A DNA stretch of 64,000 nt. Origin: Thermoanaerobaculales bacterium. Its GTDB lineage: Bacteria > Acidobacteriota > Thermoanaerobaculia > Thermoanaerobaculales > Sulfomarinibacteraceae. Shown here one piece after another: positions 31,291-40,796 of this stretch; position 1 is the first letter of the stretch; every line of letters starts with the position of its first letter. Location: NCBI GenBank assembly GCA_029287235.1, contig JARFRM010000224.1:10452-74451 (forward strand), written 5' to 3'. Under the pieces are notes generated by a model, which did no database searches, was not told the origin of the DNA, and saw only the letters and a program-made list of their open reading frames with translations. Position numbers and translations under genes: made by a program.

Positions 31291-32474
31291 TAGTCTTCCT
31301 CCACCACGCCACCGGCGGCGGCGAGAATGTCGCGGACCGGAACACCGCTCCTGCGAGCGAGCTCGGCGCAGTCCTCGAACTCCGGGATGCGCCGCAAGAC
31401 CGTCTCACCGATGATGGCGAGCTTCACCGCCACCGGCCCCCAGGGTGTTTCCACGGTTTCCATCCGCCGGCCCAGATGATGCTTGGCCACGGGGTAGCTG
31501 CGGCATCCCAGGCTCGTGGTCTCACGCAGCAGCACCGAAACGACCGCATCGAGGGCCGCCGTCGGCGCCAACGCGGTGATCAGGTGTCCCGGACGACCCT
31601 TCTTCATGACGATGGGGGTGATGGCCGCGTCGAGGGCGCCCGATTCAAGCAGCCGATCGATGACCACGGGCAGCACTCGAGGATCGAGGTCATCGATGTT
31701 GCACTCGACGATGACGTGGTCGCTCTGGCTGATCTCGGCTGGCCCGGACAGCTCCCCGACAAACGCGCGCAGTACGTTGGGCAACCCGGGTCGCTCCATG
31801 GTCCCCGCACCGATCCCCACGGTTTCGACGGTCATGGCCGGCATCGTGCCGAAGGTGTTTGCAAAGCTCGTGACCAGGGCTGCTCCGGTGGGAGTCACGG
31901 TTTCACCTTCGACCCCGGCCGGATGGACCGGCACGCCGGGCAGCATGGCCGCCACCGCCGGCGCGGGCAGGGGCATGGTGCCGTGGGCACAGTCGATGGT
32001 GCCGCTTCCCATGGGTAGGGATGAGCACACAATCTCATACACGGCAAGCTGGTCGAGGGCGAGGCAGGCGCCGACGACATCAATGATGGCATCCACCGCA
32101 CCGACCTCGTGAAAGTGGACCTCCTCGGCGGTCTCACCGTGGACCTCACCCTCGGCCTCGGCCAGGGTCCGGAAGACTGTCTTGGCCATCAGCGCAACGG
32201 TGGCCGGAAGCTCGGCGGCATCGACAACGGCCTCGACATCGGCGAGCTTTCGGTGATGGGGGTGGGCGTCCGGATCGAAGCCGACCGTCATCCGGCGCGC
32301 GGCAAAGCCCCCGGATCGACCCCCGGGCCATTCGATCGTGACATCAGGAAAACCCAGAATTCCCGGCAGCGCCTCGACCAGAGAGGCACAATCGGCGGCC
32401 TCGGTGAGGGCGCAGAGCATCATGTCGCCGGCGGCACCGCCGGCGCAGTCGAGATAGAGCACGCGGCGGCTCAT
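31290..32474 (-). CDS. larC: Nickel insertase LarC
   Basis: YLDCAGGAAGDM, VHFHEVGAVDAIID, CAHG, TPTGAAL, ECNIDD, MKKGRPG, PEFEDC. Confidence 0.92.
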   Translation of the reverse strand: MSRRVLYLDCAGGAAGDMMLCALTEAADCASLVEALPGILGFPDVTIEWPGGRSGGFAARRMTVGFDPDAHPHHRKLADVEAVVDAAELPATVALMAKTVFRTLAEAEGEVHGETAEEVHFHEVGAVDAIIDVVGACLALDQLAVYEIVCSSLPMGSGTIDCAHGTMPLPAPAVAAMLPGVPVHPAGVEGETVTPTGAALVTSFANTFGTMPAMTVETVGIGAGTMERPGLPNVLRAFVGELSGPAEISQSDHVIVECNIDDLDPRVLPVVIDRLLESGALDAAITPIVMKKGRPGHLITALAPTAALDAVVSVLLRETTSLGCRSYPVAKHHLGRRMETVETPWGPVAVKLAIIGETVLRRIPEFEDCAELARRSGVPVRDILAAAGGVVEED

Positions 32475-33229
32475 GACGAGGCCCCATCCGCCAGGGCGAT
32501 TCGGTGCACGAGGGTGGCGGCGCCGAATCCGTTGTCGATGTTGACCACACCGATCCCGGCCGCGCACGAGTTGAGCATACCGAGCAGGGCGGCGACACCG
32601 CCGAAACTGGCGCCATAGCCGATGGAGGTGGGCACAGCCACCACGGGGCGATGGATGAGTCCCGCCACCACCGATGGCAGCGCGCCCTCCATTCCGGCCG
32701 CCACCACCACGGCGCGGGCCGCGCGCAGACGATCGATCTGAGAGAAGAGACGATGGATCCCGGCGACCCCGACATCGACGATTCGGTCAACCGGATGGCC
32801 GAGATGCTCGAGGACCACCGCGGCCTCCTCGGCGACGGGCAGATCCGAGGTTCCGGCGGAGACCACCGCCACTCCGTGGTGGCGGGATGTCTCCTCAGGT
32901 CGCGCTTCGAGCACTCGGGCCGCCTCGTGGTAGGCGACCTCGGGAAACCGCGCGACCAGCGGCGCCGCACGGCGGTTTTCCAGACGGGTGACCAGGACCT
33001 TGCCGTGGAGCTCGAGACAGCGTTCGATCAACCCCTCGAGCTGCTCGTCGGTCTTGCCCGGTGAAAAGATGACCTCTGCGAGACCGGTGCGACGCTCACG
33101 GTCGGTGTCGAGGCGGGCAAAGCCCAGATCCTCAACTCCACTCGAGGCCAGCTCATCGAGAGCAGCCTCGACATCCGTCGACCCGGCTGCGACACCATTG
33201 AGAATCCTGATCAACTCGTCGCGATCCAT
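32471..33229 (-). CDS. larB: NPN cofactor carboxylase/hydrolase LarB
   Basis: AGTSDLPVAEEA, DVGVAGIHRL, VPTSIGYGA, VNIDNGFGAA; GGAGG RBS. Confidence 0.93.
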   Translation of the reverse strand: MDRDELIRILNGVAAGSTDVEAALDELASSGVEDLGFARLDTDRERRTGLAEVIFSPGKTDEQLEGLIERCLELHGKVLVTRLENRRAAPLVARFPEVAYHEAARVLEARPEETSRHHGVAVVSAGTSDLPVAEEAAVVLEHLGHPVDRIVDVGVAGIHRLFSQIDRLRAARAVVVAAGMEGALPSVVAGLIHRPVVAVPTSIGYGASFGGVAALLGMLNSCAAGIGVVNIDNGFGAATLVHRIALADGASS

Positions 33230-33304
33230 CCATCCTCCGATACGCGATCTCATCCGCCGAACCCGACAAGGATAACCGAATGTCGACGAGCACAGGAGGG
33301 CGGA

Positions 33305-33952
33305 TCAAGTTCTGCGGGCGACCTCGGAGAAGACGTAGAGCATCTCACGGGCGATCTCGCGGCAGCGCTCGTCATAGATCTCGGCCTCATCCTCGGCGCC
33401 GTCAAACGCATTGGGATCGTCATAGGGGATGGCGATCCTCTCGTCGGCGCCGTCGACCACCGGGCAGGCGGAATCAGCCGAGAGACAGGTCATGATGGCG
33501 ATATATCCGCCACCGGGATTGGGCGCGGCGTCATAGATCTTCGAAAAGACCTGGATCGGCTCCATCGACGGGCTGAAACGGACGTCATAGACGGGGTTCT
33601 TGCCATCGGTGAAGGGCTCGATGATGAAACCGGCCCTGCGCAGGGCGGCCGCCGCCCTCGGGTTGAAGGCCGTGGCCTCGGTGCCACCGGAGAAGGTCTC
33701 CACCCCGGGCACCGAGAAGATCGACGCCGCGACCTGGGCCCAGAGCTGCGACATGTGGCTGCGGCGAGAGTTGTGGGTGCAGATGAAGGTCAATCGCACG
33801 GGACCGCCACCCCTCACGCGAGGGACGATGACATCCGCGAGGTCATCGAGGATCGAGCGGCGCTCAGCCGAGATCCCTTGAATTTCCCCCAGGCGATCTC
33901 CGACAGAGGCCGCGAGCTCGGGCACGAGCGTTTCATTTTCCGATGGCACCAT
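33305..33952 (-). CDS. LMW protein-tyrosine-phosphatase / arsenate reductase family protein
   Basis: FICTHNSRRS P-loop (Cx5R), TC...CP, YDDP. Confidence 0.85.
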   Translation of the reverse strand: MVPSENETLVPELAASVGDRLGEIQGISAERRSILDDLADVIVPRVRGGGPVRLTFICTHNSRRSHMSQLWAQVAASIFSVPGVETFSGGTEATAFNPRAAAALRRAGFIIEPFTDGKNPVYDVRFSPSMEPIQVFSKIYDAAPNPGGGYIAIMTCLSADSACPVVDGADERIAIPYDDPNAFDGAEDEAEIYDERCREIAREMLYVFSEVARRT

Positions 33953-34098
33953 CACCTCGCAATCGATTGAGAGGATGCCACAGCTCTCGTGATCCGGTAA
34001 ATCAACCGTGCATCAACATCGCCGCCGAATCCTCCGTAGAATGACATGGACCCGACCAGGCGAACGCGTGGCGATCGGTCGAGGGGAGGACATCGTCA

Positions 34099-34695
34099 AT
34101 GAAGGTCCTGCTGGTCAATCCGGACTATGAGATCGAGCGTTACATGGGCCGCCACTTCGGCCGAATGGGCTGGGTGATGCCGCCCATGGGTCTTCTCTAT
34201 CTCGCCGCCGCCTTGGAGAATGAAGGCATCGGCGTTTCAATCTACGACGCCCAGATCGAGGAGCGTTCGCTTAGGGACGTCGTAGCCGAGGAAAGCCCCG
34301 AGATCGTCGGCATCACCTGCGCGACGGCCCTGGTGGGCAGCACCCTGGCTGCGGCGAAGATGGTCAAGGCGGCCATTCCCGCCACCACGGTGGTGACCGG
34401 CGGCGTCCACCCAACCGTCCGTCCGAACGATCTTCTCGAGGGAGGAGACGTGGATATCGACGATTGGATGCAGCTGAGCTCCATGGGCGGCTATCGGGAG
34501 GACGAGCTCTTTTATGTCCCCGAGGGCCGCGACTCCGACGAGCTCAAACGCCTCCAGCGCCGGGCCAACTTCGGTTTCTACTTCCGTCCGCGCATCATGC
34601 TCGGTTTCGTCGGCCGGATCCGTTCCTTCGGCGAGCTCGGCGAGTACGCCCGCGGCGCGTGGGGTTTGTTGAAAGCCACCGTCGCGCCGTATTGA
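34099..34695 (+). pseudogene. B12-binding radical SAM gene lacking the catalytic core
   Basis: PPMGLLYLAA...GGVHPT B12 domain joined directly to a typical class B C-terminal tail (FYFRPR); no CxxxCxxC. Confidence 0.65.
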
Positions 34696-34829
34696 CCGCG
34701 GCGGATTCGGAACGAGGCCGCCGGCGCGCGAGCAGCGTAGTCGCAGACCCTCCAATCATCCCCTGAGCGACCGCGCTGATTGGGCGACGCTGGGCCGCCA
34801 GGGGCGGACCAGGAGGCCGGAGTCGAGGT

Positions 34830-37118
34830 TCACTCAGAATTCCACCACCCCACGCTCGGCTCATCCGGCTTGAACTCGACGCCGAGCAGCACCACCCCAA
34901 GCTCGCGCTGGTCGTCACCACCGTGGGCGCTTGGCTGATACGGATCACTGATAACTTTGAACTCGACGAATCCCGCGCTGACCGCGGAGGCCGAAACGGG
35001 AATCTCGACGGTCAGCGATCGATGGTCGATCTCGAGTGGCCCGGCCACCGGAAGATCGTCAATGACGACCCGGGGATCAGCCGGCGTCGGCCTCGGGGCG
35101 GCAAGGCGGATCACCAGCCGCCCCGGTTCGTCCACAACCAACCGGAACCCGGCGACGGGCCCGAGCCACAGCCCGCGGCCGAGCTCACCGAAGGTCTCCC
35201 CGTCGTACCCACCCTCGAGCTCGAGACGGAGGCTCCTCCGCTCGCTCTCACTCGCCGCCGTTCCGCGCCACGCCGCACCCGGTGGTCGCACCACCACCTC
35301 TATCAGCTGCACCGTCAGTGGCCGCTCGTCGCCGGCGCCGGGCGGGTAGGCTTCCGTTCGATTGAAGCGGACGATGACCGGTCCCGATGCGGCGGCGGCG
35401 GTCCGGGTCCAGATCCGGGTGGTCTCAGCGTGGCCTTCGATCTCATACGAACCCCCACCGTGGCTGATATCCACCTCCAGAGGGCGCTCACCCGGCGCCG
35501 GTCTGAGCTCGAGCCCGATCAGGGTTCCCGTCGGGACCGGCGGCAGCCAGAGCTCGGCGCCGGGACCGGCCCACATGAAGGACCGACCGTCGGCAAGGCT
35601 CTCCAGGGTCCACCACCGGCCCACCGGAAGGGGTGGGTTGTCGATCATGGCCGCTGCGAGAAACCGGCCCTGGGTCAGGGGCCGGAGGCGTTCGGACACC
35701 GCCCCGAAGGTGGTGACGACCCCGGTCAACGACGGCCAGTAGAGGTGGGGGTGGACCGTGGCAACCACCCACGGCCGGTCGACACCGAGCCAGGGCTCGG
35801 GCGCGCGCGGCGAGAGCAGCATGGGCGGTGCCGACTTTCCCCGCCACTCGAGCACGGACCACCAGTAGGACGAGAAGACATGGATCTCCGGCTCGACCAC
35901 CACCGCGAGGCCGCGCTCGGAGGCGCGGTCGGCGGCATCCACCGTGGCCTGCCAGGCGCCGAAGGTCTCGGTGTGCTGCTCGAGAAGCAGCGGCAGGGAC
36001 GACCCCGCCGCGACCGCGGTCATCGCGAGAAGACCGACAACGGCCACCGGCGGCGCCACCAGTGATCCCGCCCCGGCCAAGAGCGGCCCTACGGCCATCT
36101 GGACGCCGATGGCATAGCGGGCGTAGGAGCGGTTCTGGAGCATGACGAGCTGGGCCGCGGTGAGACCCAGGATCGCGACCCAGGCCACGGCCGATCTCGG
36201 CCCGACCCGCCTCCACCAGGCGACCAGACCGATGACCGACAGAACCACCAGGCCGAAAGCCGCCGGGAGCCCGCCGACGCCCTTGAAGAGACCGACATCG
36301 GCCAGGATCTCGGTGTTGCGGTGGAGCCGGTCGACGTGGAAACTGGCATGGGTCGTGAAGGGCTCGAGGAAGGCCGCCCACCCCCCCTCCAGGTGGGCCA
36401 TCACCGCCACCGCCACCACAACGGCCGCGACGCCGAGCACGACGCCGGGGAGGACCCGGCGTCGGGGCCGCACCGACTCCACCCCGATGAGCCACAGCAG
36501 GGCGACGCTCGGCAGCAGAATCGGACGGACCAGGAACGACGCCGTCAACAGCAAGGTGAAACCGGTCGCCCGCCGGCCCTCGAGGCCACCGGCCAACAGA
36601 GCCGCGGCTGCCAGCGCCAGGACGACCGCCGCCATGGATGAAAAGCCCCGTACCGAGAAGAGCCACGGTCCGGGCAGGAAGAGGACCAGGAGTGCGGCGG
36701 CGGTCGCCACCGGCGGCGGCGCCACTCGGCGTCCAAGGGCGGCCAACGGCCACAGCGCGAGGATCGAGGCCACGGCCGACACCAACTGGAGGGCGCGATA
36801 GGGCGTGCCGGCAAGGGGCAGAAGCAGATGGCCGAGGGCCAGCAATCCGGGGAAGCCCGGCGGCTGTGGAAAGTGCGCGGCGAGGGAGAAATCGAGCATC
36901 CCCCGGGCGAAGAGGGTCTCATCCCACTCCCAGGGTCCCGATGCCAAGAGTGCAAAACGAGACGTGGCAAGGAGTACGATTGTCAACAGACTCAGCGCGA
37001 GGTCGAGTCGGGAATTCGCCAATCCCCAAAGACTCAGGCCCCAAGAATGCAGTCCCTCCCGCTTCCCGCCGGAGCGACCGGTCCCACCATCGCTGTGCCG
37101 TGCCATCAACGCGATCAT
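34830..37118 (-). CDS. GT-C-like multi-pass membrane protein with C-terminal extracytoplasmic beta domains
   Basis: WEWDE loop after TM1, PPGFPG, about 11 TM helices, repeated D(E/Q)R(P/E)L(T/G)V motifs; start approximate. Confidence 0.6.
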   Translation of the reverse strand: MIALMARHSDGGTGRSGGKREGLHSWGLSLWGLANSRLDLALSLLTIVLLATSRFALLASGPWEWDETLFARGMLDFSLAAHFPQPPGFPGLLALGHLLLPLAGTPYRALQLVSAVASILALWPLAALGRRVAPPPVATAAALLVLFLPGPWLFSVRGFSSMAAVVLALAAAALLAGGLEGRRATGFTLLLTASFLVRPILLPSVALLWLIGVESVRPRRRVLPGVVLGVAAVVVAVAVMAHLEGGWAAFLEPFTTHASFHVDRLHRNTEILADVGLFKGVGGLPAAFGLVVLSVIGLVAWWRRVGPRSAVAWVAILGLTAAQLVMLQNRSYARYAIGVQMAVGPLLAGAGSLVAPPVAVVGLLAMTAVAAGSSLPLLLEQHTETFGAWQATVDAADRASERGLAVVVEPEIHVFSSYWWSVLEWRGKSAPPMLLSPRAPEPWLGVDRPWVVATVHPHLYWPSLTGVVTTFGAVSERLRPLTQGRFLAAAMIDNPPLPVGRWWTLESLADGRSFMWAGPGAELWLPPVPTGTLIGLELRPAPGERPLEVDISHGGGSYEIEGHAETTRIWTRTAAAASGPVIVRFNRTEAYPPGAGDERPLTVQLIEVVVRPPGAAWRGTAASESERRSLRLELEGGYDGETFGELGRGLWLGPVAGFRLVVDEPGRLVIRLAAPRPTPADPRVVIDDLPVAGPLEIDHRSLTVEIPVSASAVSAGFVEFKVISDPYQPSAHGGDDQRELGVVLLGVEFKPDEPSVGWWNSE

Positions 37119-37163
37119 ACCCGCCTAATCCTCCCCAGGCCTCCGCCGTGCAAGAATCACCTC

Positions 37164-38507
37164 ATGTCGAGATCAATATTGACGACGATCGCCACCACCA
37201 TGGCCGTCCTCGGTTTGGTCGGTTGCTCCGCTCCGGACTCCCATGATCCTTCTCCGCCCAACCTGCTGCTCATCTCCCTCGACGCATTACGCGCCGACCA
37301 CCTGAGCAGCTATGGCTATGACCGCCACACGACGCCCTTTCTCGACGAGCTCTCCGCTCAGGGAGTGCGTTTCTCCCACGCCTCGGTCAACACCCATGGC
37401 ACGCCTTCGTCGCACACCACCATGCTGACCTCGCTCTATCAGGAGACCCACCGGGTGTGGGCCGACCCGGCGTCGGGAACACGGCGGGCGCCGTCGATTC
37501 CGGACGAGGTCGATCTGCTGCAGGAGATCCTCGTCCGCGAGGGATTCGCAACCGCGGCAGTGACCGGCGGCGGCTGGATGTCGGCGAGCTACGGATTCTC
37601 CCGCGGCTTCGACTTTTTCTCCGACGAAGGCCGAACCGCCGATCAAGGCGTCGAGCTCTTTGCCGAGATCCTCGGCCAAGCCCTCGGCACCGGTGACCCG
37701 GTCTTTGCCTTCTTCCACACCTACCAGGTCCACTCGCCCTATCTGCCTCCGGATGGATACGGCACGCTCTTCGGCGAGTTCTCCGGTTCCGTCGAACCAA
37801 CAAGCGAAGCGCTCCGGCCGCTCGCGGCCACCGCAGGAAAGCACCTCGATCAGGAAGACTTCGACTTCCTCGTATCGCAGTACGACGGTGAGATCCGCTT
37901 CCTCGACGACAGTCTCCGCGTGCTCTTTGGCCGACTCGAGGAGATGGGATTCCTCGACAACGCGGTGGTGCTCATCACCGCCGACCACGGTGAGGAGTTC
38001 GGCGACCACGGCGGCCTCCTCCACCGCGGCACCCTCTTCGAGGAGCTGGTCCGGGTGCCGTTCATCGTCTGGGGACGCGGGGTTCCGGCAGGGGCCGTCG
38101 ATCCGACGCTGGTGAGCACGGTCGATGTCGCCCCGACCCTGCTCGCGGCCGCCGGGGTCGAACCGCCTGCCATCATGGAGGGCCGCAACGTCCTCGCTCC
38201 AGACGCCACACCGTGGGCCGAGCAACGGATCTTCGCCCAGTATCGCAACGCGATCTACAGCGTCCGCACCCCACGTTTCAAGCTCATCAGCGGCGCCGGA
38301 GGCAGTCGAATGCTCTTCAACCTGGTCCGCGATCCCGGCGAGCGCTACAACCTCGTAGACCGGCGACCCGAGCACACGACGGCCTTGGCGGCGGAGCTCG
38401 ATGCCTGGCGCCAGGCACGCCCACTGCTCGCGGACTCGGCATCATCGACCACCGATCTCGATCCCGCCACCGAGGACCGGTTGCGGGCCCTGGGCTATCT
38501 CGACTGA
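37164..38507 (+). CDS. Sulfatase-like alkaline phosphatase superfamily lipoprotein
   Basis: LVGC lipobox, ISLDALRADH, TADHGEEFGDHG, LRALGY; nucleophile motif TPSSH. Confidence 0.85.
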   Translation: MSRSILTTIATTMAVLGLVGCSAPDSHDPSPPNLLLISLDALRADHLSSYGYDRHTTPFLDELSAQGVRFSHASVNTHGTPSSHTTMLTSLYQETHRVWADPASGTRRAPSIPDEVDLLQEILVREGFATAAVTGGGWMSASYGFSRGFDFFSDEGRTADQGVELFAEILGQALGTGDPVFAFFHTYQVHSPYLPPDGYGTLFGEFSGSVEPTSEALRPLAATAGKHLDQEDFDFLVSQYDGEIRFLDDSLRVLFGRLEEMGFLDNAVVLITADHGEEFGDHGGLLHRGTLFEELVRVPFIVWGRGVPAGAVDPTLVSTVDVAPTLLAAAGVEPPAIMEGRNVLAPDATPWAEQRIFAQYRNAIYSVRTPRFKLISGAGGSRMLFNLVRDPGERYNLVDRRPEHTTALAAELDAWRQARPLLADSASSTTDLDPATEDRLRALGYLD

Positions 38508-39208
38508 GATCCGCTCGGTTGATGGCGGTAGCCCACCCCGTGCACGGTGGTGATGATCTGCGGTGAGCTCGGATCGACCTCGATCCGTTTGCGGAGCTGA
38601 GAAATGGTCTGGTCGAGGGTCCGGCTCGAGGGCAGATAGTCCACCCCCCAGCAGGCGTTGAAGATGGTGTTGCGGTCGAGGGCCTTGCCGGCGTGGTGGT
38701 GCAGGAGACGGAGGATCTTGACTTCTCGGAGGCTGAGATCAACGTCGACATCGCCCCGCCGCGCCCGCAGCTCATCCGGCAGGATCTCGAGATCCGCCAT
38801 CCAGAAAGGCTCGGAGTCCGGCGAAGGTCCGCTCGAAGCCTTCGTCGCCAGCCACCTCCGGGTCACCGCTCGGATCCGGGCCACCACCTCTCTGATCCCA
38901 AAGGGTTTGGTGAGGAAGTCGTCGGCGCCGAGCTCGAGGCCCACGACCTTGTCGATCTCCTCGGACTTGGCGCTGATGAAGATCACCGGGACATCGCTCG
39001 GCCGGGCGCGGAGTCGGCGGCAGACCTCGTAGCCGTCGATCTCGGGCATCATGATGTCGAGGCACACCACATCGGGAGCCACGCGGTCGAAGAGAGCGAG
39101 GGCCTCGGCACCATCGGCCGCCTCTACGGTGTCGTAGCCCTCGGCCTCGAGCACTTCCACCAGAGCCCGCCGGGTCAGGAGATCGTCTTCAGCCACAAGA
39201 ATCTTCAC
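38495..39208 (-). CDS. OmpR-family response regulator
   Basis: AEDD, LDIMMP, GADDFLTKPF, TVHGVGY. Confidence 0.93.
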   Translation of the reverse strand: MKILVAEDDLLTRRALVEVLEAEGYDTVEAADGAEALALFDRVAPDVVCLDIMMPEIDGYEVCRRLRARPSDVPVIFISAKSEEIDKVVGLELGADDFLTKPFGIREVVARIRAVTRRWLATKASSGPSPDSEPFWMADLEILPDELRARRGDVDVDLSLREVKILRLLHHHAGKALDRNTIFNACWGVDYLPSSRTLDQTISQLRKRIEVDPSSPQIITTVHGVGYRHQPSGSQSR

Positions 39209-40794
39209 GTTGGAACTCCCTCGCCGTCGTTGGGCAGCTCGAGCTCGAAGCAGGCGCCCCCGTCGGCTGCCGAAAGGCGGAGCTCACCACCATGGAGGCG
39301 GGCCAACTCGCGGGCGATGGAAAGCCCGATTCCGGTGCCGGACACACCTTCGGTGAGACGGTCCGACAGCCGGACGAAGGGTTCGAAGACCGCCTCCTCC
39401 CGCCCGGCGGGAATCCCGGGCCCGCGGTCCCTGATCCGAACCACCGTTGTGGCCGCGGTCTGCCGGGAAGAGATCTCAGCCACCCCACCACCGGCGGCGT
39501 ACTTCTCGATGTTTCCCAGCAGATTGCCCACCACCTGCTCGACGGCGTCCGGATCGAAGAGCAGCAGTCGGGGTGCGGCCAGATCGAGCAGGATGGCGAC
39601 ACCCCTGCCTTCTAGAGACGGCCGAAACTGGTCCGCCACCGACCGCAGGGTGTCGTCCACCGACCCCCGCACCGGGCGGATGGCCAGCGTTCCTCGGTTG
39701 TGACCGGCAAAGCTGAGGACATTGCCGATGAGACGGCTCAACCGTCCACTCTCGGCAACGATGACGTCAATATACGATCCGGTCTCGCCATCGTCCCCGC
39801 CGATTCGCCGCTCGAGCAGCTCGGCGTAGAGGCGGATGTTGGTCAGAGGTGTTCGCAGCTCGTGTGAGACCTGGTTGACGAAACCCACCCGCTCGGAGGC
39901 CTCACGGAGCTCGCGCGAGCTTTCACGGTGGAAGACAAGAGCGAGACCGCTCAGCACCGCCGCGGCAATGATCAACCCCGCCACCCGGAGAAAGCCGCCG
40001 AGCGTGCCCACCGCACCGCCCGCCCAGTACTCGGTGCGCAACGTCCACGCGCCGAGAGGCGAAGACAGCCGGCGTTCGACGGCGTCAACCGAGGATCCCT
40101 CCGTCGCCGGCGGTTCGGATTGAGAGAGGACGCGGCCCTGCGAATCTTCGAGCACGATCCGACCCCAGCGGGTGGGGGTTGCAGCCCCACCAGGATCCGT
40201 GGAGAGCTCGACAAGGAGATCGGCCACCAGCCGAACCCGGTCGAGCTCGACCGCGATGAGACTGCCCCTGGGATCCCTCCGCCAAAAGAGGAGGTGGAGC
40301 CCCGTGTCCCAGTACCATGCGTACCAGCCGTGATCCGCCGCCGGCAGTGCAGATTGTCCCGAGTCGACGACCCCGGTCTGCGTCTGCTGTTCGACCTCGC
40401 CGCCGAGCAACCGACCGACGAGGATCTGTCGGATCCGGACCAGAAAATCTCGTTCGGCGTCGCTGATACCCGTCTCCAGCGGGGGATGGAGCAGGCGCCC
40501 ATCAGACGCCTGCACCGCCACCTGCGTCACCTCGGGCGTGCTTCGGACGAATTCCCGCCAACCCTCGGTGTCCCCGCCTGACGGAACCTCCCTCGCGAGC
40601 AACCGCCGCGCGCGGTCCTCGAGGACCCGCTGGATCCTGGAATCGACATCGGCCAACCGGCTCTCGGCTGCGGCGCGGAGTTGGCCGGCGACCCGCCCCC
40701 GCTCATCACGAACGCCGCGGATCGCCAGCCAGGCCAGCAGCCCGGTGGGCAGCACCACGATGAGCACCAGCAGGGCGGTCAACCGACGCGACAC
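39205..40794 (-). CDS. Sensor histidine kinase
   Basis: Two TM helices, VSHELRTPL, DRGPGI, GTGIGL; GTG start just after the VWA stop. Confidence 0.9.
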   Translation of the reverse strand: MSRRLTALLVLIVVLPTGLLAWLAIRGVRDERGRVAGQLRAAAESRLADVDSRIQRVLEDRARRLLAREVPSGGDTEGWREFVRSTPEVTQVAVQASDGRLLHPPLETGISDAERDFLVRIRQILVGRLLGGEVEQQTQTGVVDSGQSALPAADHGWYAWYWDTGLHLLFWRRDPRGSLIAVELDRVRLVADLLVELSTDPGGAATPTRWGRIVLEDSQGRVLSQSEPPATEGSSVDAVERRLSSPLGAWTLRTEYWAGGAVGTLGGFLRVAGLIIAAAVLSGLALVFHRESSRELREASERVGFVNQVSHELRTPLTNIRLYAELLERRIGGDDGETGSYIDVIVAESGRLSRLIGNVLSFAGHNRGTLAIRPVRGSVDDTLRSVADQFRPSLEGRGVAILLDLAAPRLLLFDPDAVEQVVGNLLGNIEKYAAGGGVAEISSRQTAATTVVRIRDRGPGIPAGREEAVFEPFVRLSDRLTEGVSGTGIGLSIARELARLHGGELRLSAADGGACFELELPNDGEGVPT

Positions 40795-40796
40795 TC

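Noticed and set aside
31290-32474. Programmed frameshift in larC
   Set aside because: LarC1 and LarC2 parts are in one continuous frame here.
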